Below are positions 9,372 to 18,340 of a stretch of 64,000 bases of DNA, piece by piece. Below the pieces are notes generated by a model. The model ran no database searches. It saw nothing but the letters and a program-made list of their open reading frames with translations, and was not told the DNA's origin. Positions within the stretch are counted from its first letter, which is position 1, and the number at the start of each line of letters is the position of its first letter. The stretch covers positions 2,560,001-2,624,000 of the forward strand of contig CAXXKT010000001.1 of assembly GCA_963662405.2 (NCBI GenBank), given 5' to 3'. The translations under genes and the position numbers were made by a program. The stretch is from Syntrophales bacterium. GTDB lineage: Bacteria > Desulfobacterota > Syntrophia > Syntrophales > UBA2210.

Positions 9372-9382
9372 AGGAGGAAGAC

Positions 9383-10102
9383 ATGAAGGAGCAAAATCGG
9401 AGCGCCCTGATACTGGGTGTCTGTATCTTTCTGGGACTGGCCTTTCTCGGGTTTTTCCTGGGGCAGAGCGCCCTGAAGGTTAAGGCGTATGAACGGACCG
9501 TGACCGTGAAGGGGCTCTCGGAGCGGGAGTTCCCGGCCGATATCGTCCTCTGGCCGATCCACTTTTCCACGTCGGACAACGATCTCACGGACCTGTACGC
9601 GGCCATCGAACGGGATTCGCAGGAGATTATCGGATTCCTGAGGAAGAGTGGATTCGAAGGGGGGGAGATCACGGTGTCTTCCCCCGGGATTACCGACAAA
9701 TTGTCCCAGGGATACGAAAAATCGAAGATCGAGTTCCGCTATACCGCCGCCCGGACCATCACGGTCTATTCCACCAAGATCGAAGCGGTGCGCTCCGCAA
9801 TCAACGGGCTGGTCGAACTGGGGAAGAAAGGGATCGCCTTTACCGACAACACCTATCAGGGCCTGCCCGCGACGGAGTACCTCTTCACCCGCCTGAACGC
9901 GGTCAAACCGGGCATGATCGAGGAGGCCACGATGAAGGCGCGGGAGGTGGCGATCAAATTTGCGCAGGACTCCGGCAGCAGGGTGGGGAAGATCAAACGG
10001 GCGAGGCAGGGACAGTTCTCGATCTCAGACCGGGATCGGAATAATCCGCACATCAAAAAAATACGGGTCGTCTCGACGGTCGAATATTATCTGTCGGATT
10101 GA
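9383..10102 (+). CDS. SIMPL domain (DUF541) protein
   Basis: N-terminal TM, ERTVTVKGLSERE..AD.VLWPI, KFAQDSGSRVGKIKRARQGQFSI, KKIRVVSTVEYYL. Confidence 0.9.
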   Translation: MKEQNRSALILGVCIFLGLAFLGFFLGQSALKVKAYERTVTVKGLSEREFPADIVLWPIHFSTSDNDLTDLYAAIERDSQEIIGFLRKSGFEGGEITVSSPGITDKLSQGYEKSKIEFRYTAARTITVYSTKIEAVRSAINGLVELGKKGIAFTDNTYQGLPATEYLFTRLNAVKPGMIEEATMKAREVAIKFAQDSGSRVGKIKRARQGQFSISDRDRNNPHIKKIRVVSTVEYYLSD

Positions 10103-10195
10103 GGATGCAGGGGAACTTGGAAAAAGCGGCCTATCCGTTTTCCCCCCTCGGAGGAAACGGATCGGATTTTGGATAAGCAGAACACAGTCATTAAC

Positions 10196-10224
10196 AAAGA
10201 CAGGGCCGACGCCTTGTTTTTTTA
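10196..10224 (+). terminator. Probable intrinsic terminator between the SIMPL and GGDEF genes
   Basis: AAAGACAGGGC-CGAC-GCCTTGTTTT hairpin running into a T tract. Confidence 0.6.
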
Positions 10225-10263
10225 TCCCTGGACCTTGGGCACACAAGAACAAAATTATTAAGC

Positions 10264-11844
10264 ATGTCTCAGCCTCCTATCACTCTCTCCATCATCCTTG
10301 GGTTATCCGCCCTGCTGGCGGTATATCTGGCCGCCTGGGCCCATTTCTATTCCCGCGTACCGGCAGCGCGAGAATTCTTCTTCCTCATGTTGGGAGTCGC
10401 AATCTATTCGTTAGGGTATTCAATCGAGATTTCCCGCACCACCCTGGAAGCCGCCCTCCGGGCGTTATCCTTTGAATATATTGGTCTTTCCCTCATTCCA
10501 ACCCTATTGCTGCTTTTTGCGCTGCATTTCATCCGGCGGAAACCGCTGCCAAAGGCCCTCACGGCGATTTTGCTGATTATCCCGATGATTACCATTATCA
10601 TGGTATTCACCGCGCCCTTCCACCAGCTTCATAATATGAATCCCCGGTTGGTCAATACGGAATTTTTTCTCGCCTTCGTGTTTGAACGTGGTCCCTGGTA
10701 CAAGATCAACTATGCATGGGCGGAACTGAACATCATCAGCGCATTTATCTTGCTGCTTGTAAACGCGTTACGTGTCCCGCACAAGCAAAAGCGGCAGGCA
10801 ATCACCATTGCCGCAGGCGCAGTTCTCCCCTTACTCGGTTCCATCCTTTACCTGCTCAATTTGATTCCCGGTAAGATTGACCCCATCCCTTTCAGCCTGG
10901 TGGTGACGGGCCTGTTTTTGGCCTTTGCCCTCTTCAAACTGGGACTTTTTGAACTTGTCCCCGAAGCGAGAGAGTTGGCACTCGATTCAATTCGAGATGG
11001 TTTTCTGGTGCTGGACAGCAATGAAAACTTGCAGGATCTGAACCAGGCTGCTTTGCGCCTGCCCGGAGCGATGGGTTTCCGTATCGGCAGCCCATTGCCG
11101 GAAGGAAATTCGCTGGCAGAACAATTAAACCCCCTGCTGATAAAAGACGTAAAAGAGATCGAGTATTCGGTGGAATTTCCAGACCACTCAATCCATTTCT
11201 ATCACGCCACAGCATATCCGATCCATACCACAACGCGCCAAAACAGCGGCACGGCAATTCTGATCTCTGATGTCACCGAAACCGTTGGACTGGTGAAGAA
11301 GCTGAACCGGCAGGCCAACACCGATGAACTGACAGGCATCTTTAACCGCCGTTACCTGATACAATCGGGCATCCAGGAGTTACAGCGTGCCCGCCGCGAC
11401 GGGACACCCCTCGGCATCATTATGATGGATCTGGATTTTTTCAAGCATATCAACGATTCCTATGGACACCAAGCCGGAGACGAGGTACTGCACAGCACGG
11501 CGAAGTGTTTCCATAGTGGTTTGCGGGACGGTGATATCTTGGGCCGCTACGGTGGCGAGGAATTCGTCGCGCTTCTCCCCAGCGCCGACCTGCCCGCTGT
11601 CATTCAGATTGCTGAGCGCCTTCGGCAGCAGATTGAAAATTTGGGAATTCCTTTTGGAGAACGGAAAATCACCGTCACCGCCAGTTTTGGTGTGCATGCG
11701 TATTGCGGCAATCGGGATACTTCACTGGACGAGTTGTTACACCGAGCTGACCAAGCGCTTTACAAGGCAAAGAAAAGCGGGCGTAACCGGGTGGTCAGCC
11801 TGACACAGACCGAATGTGGCGGTGAACCGGAGACTGTTCAATAA
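10264..11844 (+). CDS. Membrane diguanylate cyclase (HisKA_7TM-like sensor, PAS-like, GGDEF)
   Basis: ~7 TM N-terminus; TDELTGIFNRR, DLDFFKHINDSYGHQAGD, RDGD I-site, RYGGEEF, ADQALYKAKKSGRNRV. Confidence 0.93.
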   Translation: MSQPPITLSIILGLSALLAVYLAAWAHFYSRVPAAREFFFLMLGVAIYSLGYSIEISRTTLEAALRALSFEYIGLSLIPTLLLLFALHFIRRKPLPKALTAILLIIPMITIIMVFTAPFHQLHNMNPRLVNTEFFLAFVFERGPWYKINYAWAELNIISAFILLLVNALRVPHKQKRQAITIAAGAVLPLLGSILYLLNLIPGKIDPIPFSLVVTGLFLAFALFKLGLFELVPEARELALDSIRDGFLVLDSNENLQDLNQAALRLPGAMGFRIGSPLPEGNSLAEQLNPLLIKDVKEIEYSVEFPDHSIHFYHATAYPIHTTTRQNSGTAILISDVTETVGLVKKLNRQANTDELTGIFNRRYLIQSGIQELQRARRDGTPLGIIMMDLDFFKHINDSYGHQAGDEVLHSTAKCFHSGLRDGDILGRYGGEEFVALLPSADLPAVIQIAERLRQQIENLGIPFGERKITVTASFGVHAYCGNRDTSLDELLHRADQALYKAKKSGRNRVVSLTQTECGGEPETVQ

Positions 11845-11861
11845 GGCAGACTTCTCATTCC

Positions 11862-12092
11862 TCAGAGGTGGAGAATCGGGCCGAGCTCCTTGCGCCGCCG
11901 GATCGATTCGAGAAGGCCGACGGTCCCCGTCATCATGTTGTTTCCTCCTGGGGCACAGAAGGTGATCGGCAGTCGCGAACCTTCCATGAGGCCCCTTCTC
12001 GGTCCCGTGGCGATCAGTATCTCGGCCCTGTCGAAGCCGAAAGAGGTACGGAGATAGGCGCCGTGCCCTCCTTCCCGCAGTATTTTTTCATG
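11862..12092 (-). pseudogene. Orphan 3' fragment (76 codons plus stop) of a DUF1786-family gene; diverged copy of 20609-20839
   Basis: Hand translation HEKILREGGHGAYLRTSFGFDRAEILIATGPRRGLMEGSRLPITFCAPGGNNMMTGTVGLLESIRRRKELGPILHL*; 64/76 aa identical to the C-terminus of 20609..21685; no 5' part. Confidence 0.9.
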
Positions 12093-12179
12093 ACAGCCTT
12101 CCTTTGGTCGAGTTCGTAATCAAAATATCAAACTTGACATGATATCGGATCATCTTTCTTTTCAAGGGCACATAGAAAC

Positions 12180-12218
12180 AGTCTCAATATGGAACACCAT
12201 ATGTTTCATGCTGAGACT
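12180..12218. promoter_or_regulatory. Tandem upstream activator sites for a sigma54 enhancer-binding protein
   Basis: AGTCTCAATATGGAACA (12180-12196) and TGTTTCATGCTGAGACT (12202-12218), both close to the palindrome TGTCTCA-N3-TGAGACA, ~100 bp upstream of a -24/-12 site. Confidence 0.65.
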
Positions 12219-12316
12219 GCCCCCTTTTGTGCCTGCATTATCACTTCTTACTAATGTGCTCTCCTATATCAATAATATCATGTAGTTAAAATTATATAGA
12301 CTGCTCTGTTTAAAAA

Positions 12317-12332
12317 AGGCACGTGATGTGCT
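12317..12332 (+). promoter_or_regulatory. Sigma54 (-24/-12) promoter
   Basis: AGGCACGTGATGTGCT versus consensus TGGCACGNNNNTTGCW, with correct GG-N10-GC spacing. Confidence 0.7.
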
Positions 12333-12858
12333 TGCTTACCTATAAGTGAGTCTTCTGAGGGGGAAACTGATAAACACTTTTCTAAATCTTTTATCTTTAA
12401 CCATGGCTCGGAGTCAGAGACAATTTACAAAAGAGGATGATGAAAGCCCCCTCGTCTGGTGGTGTGATGTTTAAGCAAATATAACAAGTTATAAAAAAGT
12501 GCTGCTGTATAAAGTCGGGTCCAGTTGAAATATCTTTGACGGTGTAGACATGTAGCTGCCTGAGTTGCCATGCCGGCATGTGAAGTGTGATCTTCCAAGG
12601 TAGAAAATGGATGATCGATAGGCATAGTGGCTCAGGAATATGTTTCAAACACCGCCGTAGAAAAAGATATTGATTTTTGTATCTTGTGCTGAGGCAACCT
12701 GTTTCTGGTTTCTGGGTGTTCTTTTAAGAATTTCTACCTGTGGTGTTACAGATCGCCAAGATCGATCGATTTTGTGGATGTATTGTCATGCACCGGAGTC
12801 AATGAGATAGTAAAGCCTGTTCAAGGGGGACAACACACTAATAAGGAGGAAAACACTG

Positions 12859-14400
12859 ATGGGTAAGGAAAAATATTATTCGTGGAATGCGGGAAGGCCG
12901 CCGGGACACCTTAATCCTGGGCTTATATTGAAAAATGCTGCCATTGCTTATCCCAACAAAATGGTCATAGATGGAAACAATGCCGTCAGTCGCAGTTACC
13001 GGGAAATAGATGAAAGAGCGAATCGAATAGCCAATGGGCTCTTGGACCGTTACAATCCCGGAGATTTTGTGGCGGTTATATCGAGAATTGGCGGCATAGC
13101 ATCTCTTGAAGCCTATTTCGCTATTGTAAGAGCTGGGATGACTGCGGTTCCTTTATCTAATCGGTTAAACTCCGGTGAAATAGAGAATGTATTACAATAC
13201 ATAAATGCGAAGGCCATATTATTTGATGAAACATTCGAATCAACTGTAGACCAAGTCCAATTACCAATAGACACATATAAGTATGGTTTAAAGGAAGAAG
13301 GCGACTACAGCTACAATAATTTGCTTCAGTACGAACCAACCGAGGCAAACGTGGAAATCTTTGACGATACCCAGATATGCCTCGGATTTACCTCTGGTAC
13401 AACCGGTGCTCCAAAGGCATATTGCAGGTCATCGTATGCAAACACCCTCAACCACATGCTATATAATATAAGTTTTGACATGACATATCAGGATATAGCG
13501 TTAAATATTATTCCTCCCCTGACAGGAATAAGTTGGGGAGTTGGTGTAATGCTGGCAGGGGGGACCGTGATTAATATGGATTTTGATCCGACAGCGGTAT
13601 TAAAGGCTATCGAGAAATATAAGGTCACCATTATGTATGGTGCTCCAGCAGCGTACTTCTTCATGATGAGCGTGCCCGATCTCGATACCTACGATCTCAG
13701 TTCTTTAAGGGCTGTTGCAAGCGTTGGGGCTCCTCTGTCGCAGAATGTACTCAGACAAATATGGGAGAAAATAACACCAAATGTTTATGATCACATAGGA
13801 ATGCAGGAGACAGGCTTTCTCGCAGTAAGCAAACCGGACATAAAGAGGAATAAACCGGGAGCGGTGGGGCCACCAACACCGTTGCATGATTTAAAAATTA
13901 TAGATGATAAAGGTCAGGAAATCCCGAGGGGAGAGGTCGGTGAAGTAATTTACAGGTATCCGGATGGTGCTGCAGGGTATTGGCAAAATGATGAGAAAAC
14001 GCGTGAAGTTATTAAAAACGGGTGGTTTCACTCAGGGGATCTTGGAAAGGTCGATGAAGACGGGTGTTTATATGTTGTTGGAAGATTAAAAGATATGATC
14101 GTTTCCGGAGGATATAATGTCTTTGCTGTAGATGTGGAAGATGAACTGATGCAACATTCGAAAATAGTTGATTGTGCTGTCATAGGGCTACCGGATGACA
14201 CATGGGGAGAAAGGGTGAGCGCTATTGTAACCTTGAGGCCGGATGAGACGTGCACGGAAGATGAGATAATGGCCTTTTGCAGAGATAGAATGGCGCACTA
14301 TAAAGCACCAAAGAGTGTATTTTTTGATACTGTTCCGAGAAATCTTGCCGGAAAGGTGCTCAAGTTTAAGTTGGTAGAAAAATATCGGGAAAATAACTGA
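12859..14400 (+). CDS. Acyl-CoA synthetase / AMP-forming ligase (class I adenylate-forming enzyme)
   Basis: FTSGTTGAPK, GWFHSGDLG, GRLKDMIVSGG.NV, PRNLAGKVLK; TAAGGAGG RBS. Confidence 0.93.
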   Translation: MGKEKYYSWNAGRPPGHLNPGLILKNAAIAYPNKMVIDGNNAVSRSYREIDERANRIANGLLDRYNPGDFVAVISRIGGIASLEAYFAIVRAGMTAVPLSNRLNSGEIENVLQYINAKAILFDETFESTVDQVQLPIDTYKYGLKEEGDYSYNNLLQYEPTEANVEIFDDTQICLGFTSGTTGAPKAYCRSSYANTLNHMLYNISFDMTYQDIALNIIPPLTGISWGVGVMLAGGTVINMDFDPTAVLKAIEKYKVTIMYGAPAAYFFMMSVPDLDTYDLSSLRAVASVGAPLSQNVLRQIWEKITPNVYDHIGMQETGFLAVSKPDIKRNKPGAVGPPTPLHDLKIIDDKGQEIPRGEVGEVIYRYPDGAAGYWQNDEKTREVIKNGWFHSGDLGKVDEDGCLYVVGRLKDMIVSGGYNVFAVDVEDELMQHSKIVDCAVIGLPDDTWGERVSAIVTLRPDETCTEDEIMAFCRDRMAHYKAPKSVFFDTVPRNLAGKVLKFKLVEKYRENN

Positions 14401-14713
14401 TACATATCGGTAATTCTTTGTTATATCGAAAGGTTGCAAGGTTGACTGTAAAATATTCAATTCGATCCATATAGGAATGAACCCAGCGATGGTGTAACGC
14501 AGCGGTGGTGTATGCTTCCCCCCTTGCCAGGACTTGCCGCTTTTGCTTGCGTACGTTTTTCCTATTCAACACCGTCGCTGGGTCTTGGATAGCGTAAAAT
14601 ATTGTACGTTATTTATCGGAATATCTGTTTAGAATCGGTGTTCTAACGCACCAACAATCATTTGGAGAGACTCATGAGAGAAATCGCGATTGAAGAACTT
14701 ATAAAAGGAGGGC

Positions 14714-15745
14714 TTGATGTATTCTTTAAAATCTAACGAGAAGGTGTGTGCCACCTGTCCCTCGCCTGATTGTCTTCTGGAGTGCCAGTACATGGTCTTT
14801 GACAAGGAAGAGGCGCACGAGGAGATGATGAAGGTCGTGAGGGGGGAGGAGTCCCGCGTACTACACGATTGCGTGACCTGTTACGCTTGTGAGGAATACT
14901 GCAAGAGGGGAAATCACCCCTTCTATCTGATCTCCGAGCGGAGAGAAGAAAAGGGGATCTACACCGCCCCACGGCCTATCACGAATCAATGGATCAATAT
15001 GACACGTATGCAGGGGAAGCAGATGGTCGGGAAGGTCGAAGATACAGCCCTCTCCTGCTGTTTCATCCCCGATCTTGCCGGATTAAGTTCCGGAGCGCTC
15101 TTCAAAAACGTTGTCTCGTCAGTCGTCTTCGGTGCGGAATTCATGTGTCCAGCCGTCCACACTCACTTCGCCAAGATGTCGGTCATCAAGGAGCGTCTTC
15201 CCATTGTTATTGAGAATTTCAAGAAACTGGGCGTAAAGGAGGTGATCTGCCTCCACGATGAGTGCTACGGGACCTATACCTCCATTGCACCCGCCTATGG
15301 GATGGAGGTTCCTTTCAGACCCATCTACTACATGGATTTCCTTTTGGATAGATTAGAGGAGTTGAAGGACAAGATCACCCCCCTCAATATCACTGTGGCA
15401 TACCAACGTCCCTGCTCCAACCGGCTGATCCCGGACAAGCACCGTTTGGTAAGGGAGATATTTGCCCGTATCGGTGTCATCATGCCCGACCGCGAATATC
15501 AAGATGATAACGCACTCTGCTGTGCTGAGCTCTTCCGGCCGATCTCCGGGTACCGGCTCGCCGATGATGTCCAGAAGCGAAACATCGATGACATGCTTGC
15601 CGTCAATGCCGAATATTGTATCTTCAACTGTCCCGCTTGCCAGTCGGTCCTGTCGGAAAAGGTTTCCAAAAGCGGTATCAAGCCGGTTCACATCATTGAC
15701 CTGTGCAAAATGGCCATCGGTGAAAAGGAAAGGGAGGTGAAGTAG
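14714..15745 (+). CDS. (Fe-S)-binding protein with CCG-like domains (HdrD/GlpC-like)
   Basis: CATCPSPDCLLEC, CVTCYACEEYC, YQRPC, LCC, FNCPAC. Confidence 0.85.
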   Translation: MMYSLKSNEKVCATCPSPDCLLECQYMVFDKEEAHEEMMKVVRGEESRVLHDCVTCYACEEYCKRGNHPFYLISERREEKGIYTAPRPITNQWINMTRMQGKQMVGKVEDTALSCCFIPDLAGLSSGALFKNVVSSVVFGAEFMCPAVHTHFAKMSVIKERLPIVIENFKKLGVKEVICLHDECYGTYTSIAPAYGMEVPFRPIYYMDFLLDRLEELKDKITPLNITVAYQRPCSNRLIPDKHRLVREIFARIGVIMPDREYQDDNALCCAELFRPISGYRLADDVQKRNIDDMLAVNAEYCIFNCPACQSVLSEKVSKSGIKPVHIIDLCKMAIGEKEREVK

Positions 15746-15746
15746 G

Positions 15747-17126
15747 ATGAGCGATATACTGCAATCCCTGAGAGAAATCGTCGGGGAACGAGGGGTTTCG
15801 AACAGACCCGAAGAGCTCTGGTTCTATGCGCGGGATCCGGGGGTACTGGATCCTCACCTGCCGGACTATGTCGTAGCTCCAAAGACGACCGAGGAGATAC
15901 AGAAGATCGTCCAGCTGGCAAACAGAGAGAAAATTCCCATTGTTCCGATGGGGAACGGCATGGCCCTGACCGGTCTCGTTATCCCCCTGAAAGGGGGGAT
16001 CGTGCTGGACATGAAGCGTATGAACAGGATCATCAAGGTGAATGAGATGGCCCGGTACGCCGTTGTGGAGGGAGGAACCTCCCAGGGGGTGCTTGCGGCG
16101 TATCTGCAGGACCATTATCCCCGCCTGCGTCACAGTCTTCCCGATGCCCCTCCGTCCACAACCGTCGCCGCCAATGTGTCCCTCCACGGCCAGGGGCGAC
16201 TGACGCAACAGTATGGTTTTAACTCCGACATGGTCACGGGAATGGAGATCGTTCTCCCCACCGGTGAGATCTGCAGGATCGGTTCCCCCTCGTTGGGACC
16301 CTACTGGTTCTCCAAGGGCCCCACGCTTCCCGACCTGTCGGGACTTTTTTTGGGGTGGCTTGGTGCCACCGGGATCATCACCAAAGTGGGAATGAAGCTC
16401 TTCCCCAACAAGAAGTTCCGGGATGTGGAGCTCTTCGTGACCGACCGGCCCGAATTAGTGCCGGATATCCTCTACCGGTTGACTCACCTCGAGATGCTTG
16501 AAGATATCAACGTCTGGTTCCAGCCCAAACCTCTGATGTTCAAAGATAATCATCATGTCACCATCTTTTTTACCGGTGATACCGAGGAAGAAGTCGAGTT
16601 CAAGAGACGGGCAATTTGGGATTCCTTACAGGAATACATGGATTCGAAAGACGGTGGATTCATGAACATCGATCCCATGAAGGAAGGAATCTTGGAGATG
16701 CCGCAGCGGGGGATCGCAGCTTTTGCCGATGTTCCTCGGGGGGGCGGATTCGAATATTCGGGACCCATCGCGATTATTGAACATTATCCCCAGTATGCCG
16801 CGAATGTCATCAGGCTGGCCGAGAAATACGACCTTCTCTACGCTGGTACCGCTCGGCTCATATCGGGGGGACATTCCATGATGTTCAGTATCTCTTTCGC
16901 CTTCAACCGGGCCGATTCCGCGATGATGAAGCGGGTCAAGGAAGCCCTGGATGAGGCGACCACCTTCGCTCTGGAGATGGGGGGGATACCCTGGAAGCCC
17001 AACTATCTGGAACAAAATATGATAATGGAGAAGATGGATCCTGTCGCACTCAAGCTCCTCCAGATGGTGAAGAAGAACCTTGATCCCCAGGGAATCATGA
17101 ATCCCGGAAACTGGGAGGTGAACTAA
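15747..17126 (+). CDS. FAD-binding oxidoreductase (GlcD / D-lactate dehydrogenase-like, VAO family)
   Basis: PDYVVAPKTTEEIQKIV, GGIVLDMKRMNRI, VTGMEIVLPTGE, GIITK, LDPQGIMNPG. Confidence 0.9.
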   Translation: MSDILQSLREIVGERGVSNRPEELWFYARDPGVLDPHLPDYVVAPKTTEEIQKIVQLANREKIPIVPMGNGMALTGLVIPLKGGIVLDMKRMNRIIKVNEMARYAVVEGGTSQGVLAAYLQDHYPRLRHSLPDAPPSTTVAANVSLHGQGRLTQQYGFNSDMVTGMEIVLPTGEICRIGSPSLGPYWFSKGPTLPDLSGLFLGWLGATGIITKVGMKLFPNKKFRDVELFVTDRPELVPDILYRLTHLEMLEDINVWFQPKPLMFKDNHHVTIFFTGDTEEEVEFKRRAIWDSLQEYMDSKDGGFMNIDPMKEGILEMPQRGIAAFADVPRGGGFEYSGPIAIIEHYPQYAANVIRLAEKYDLLYAGTARLISGGHSMMFSISFAFNRADSAMMKRVKEALDEATTFALEMGGIPWKPNYLEQNMIMEKMDPVALKLLQMVKKNLDPQGIMNPGNWEVN

Positions 17127-18310
17127 TGCAATACGTCCGTTCGATCGAACATGGAGATATCGTCCATCGCTGTTTTAGATGTGGATACTGTAAATTCCCC
17201 TTGGATTACGTTGATTTTAACTGTCCCTCTTACAAGGCATTCGGGTGGGACACCTATGCCCCTGGCGGCCGTATGTGGCTCGCTCGGGCCTGGTTGAGCG
17301 GCGAGATCGAGTCGACCCAGACCTTCGCGAAAATCTTTTTTTCCTGTGTTTCATGTGACAACTGTAAGGATCAATGTGTCTTCGAACGGTTCAGGGGTTA
17401 TCTCCCCGATGTCTTTCAGGAGGTCAAGGCTGAACTGGTGAATGAGGGGGTAGTTCCTCCCGAAGTGAGGGATTATTTCAAGGCCATCATTACGAGTGGA
17501 AATCCTTACAAACTACCTCAGGAAGAGCGAGGGGCATGGGCCGCAGGGACGGGGCTGAAAGAATTCACCGATCAGGAATACCTGTTTTATGTCGGATGTG
17601 TCGGGTCCTACGATGAGATCGGCCGGAAAATGGCCAAGGCTGTGGGAAAACTCCTCTCCGAGGCGGGAGTTTCCGTAGGAATTCTAGGAAGCGAAGAGAC
17701 CTGTGAGGGAAACGAGGTCAGTATCCTGGGAGAGGTCGGGCTCTTCGAGGAGTTGGCGAGAATCAATATCGAAAAGTTCAAGGAACGAGGAATTACCAGG
17801 ATTATTACCCTTGATCCCCACGCCCTGAATGCCTTCAAAAAAGAGTACCCGAAGCTGGGGGGAACCTTTGAAGCCTTTCACTATACCGAGATCCTGGCGA
17901 AGCTGATCAGAGAAGGGAAGATTACCCTTGGCGATTACCCGGTAACGGTGACCTACCACGATCCCTGTTATCTGGGGAGACACAACGGGATCTATGACGC
18001 TCCGCGTGAGGTCCTCCGGGCTGTTCCCGGCCTTGATCTAGTGGAACTGCGGCGGAACCGCCAATTCGCCTTCTGCTGCGGCGGGGGGGGAGGGAACTTC
18101 TTTACCGATATTTTGGGAACCGGCGAGGACAGCGCGGGCCGTGTCCGTGTCCGGGAGGCGCTCCAGACGGGTGCCTCGGTCATCGCCGTGGCTTGCCCTA
18201 CCTGCGCCAAGATGCTCAGCGACTCGATCAAGATCGAAGGAGTCGACAACATGCTGGAGATCATGAGTGTTGCCGATATCGTTTCCCGGGCTCGAATACG
18301 TAAAGGATAA
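17126..18310 (+). CDS. (Fe-S)-binding oxidoreductase subunit (GlcF/HdrD-like)
   Basis: CFRCGYC, CVSCDNCKDQC, VTYHDPCYLGR, CCGGGGG, ACPTC; start overlaps the upstream stop. Confidence 0.9.
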   Translation: MQYVRSIEHGDIVHRCFRCGYCKFPLDYVDFNCPSYKAFGWDTYAPGGRMWLARAWLSGEIESTQTFAKIFFSCVSCDNCKDQCVFERFRGYLPDVFQEVKAELVNEGVVPPEVRDYFKAIITSGNPYKLPQEERGAWAAGTGLKEFTDQEYLFYVGCVGSYDEIGRKMAKAVGKLLSEAGVSVGILGSEETCEGNEVSILGEVGLFEELARINIEKFKERGITRIITLDPHALNAFKKEYPKLGGTFEAFHYTEILAKLIREGKITLGDYPVTVTYHDPCYLGRHNGIYDAPREVLRAVPGLDLVELRRNRQFAFCCGGGGGNFFTDILGTGEDSAGRVRVREALQTGASVIAVACPTCAKMLSDSIKIEGVDNMLEIMSVADIVSRARIRKG

Positions 18311-18340
18311 CCTAAAGTACTTCTTGCACATTTAGAGGTG

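Larger units (their letters stand above)
7993..9379 (+). mobile_element. Complete IS110-family insertion sequence (~1387 bp including one copy of the shared core)
   Basis: AGGAGGAA at both junctions (7985-7992, 9372-9379); sub-terminal inverted repeats ATAAAAAGTC (7995-8004) and GACTTTTTAT (9362-9371); DEDD transposase; AT-richer than the flanks. Confidence 0.92.

Noticed and set aside
10103..10263. c-di-GMP riboswitch upstream of the diguanylate cyclase
   Set aside because: Two hairpins are present but the GEMM-I core (GGCAAAC..GAAA..GACGCAAA) is not; an Rfam scan would settle it
11868..12119. 83-aa plus-strand ORF
   Set aside because: It is the antisense of the DUF1786 3' fragment
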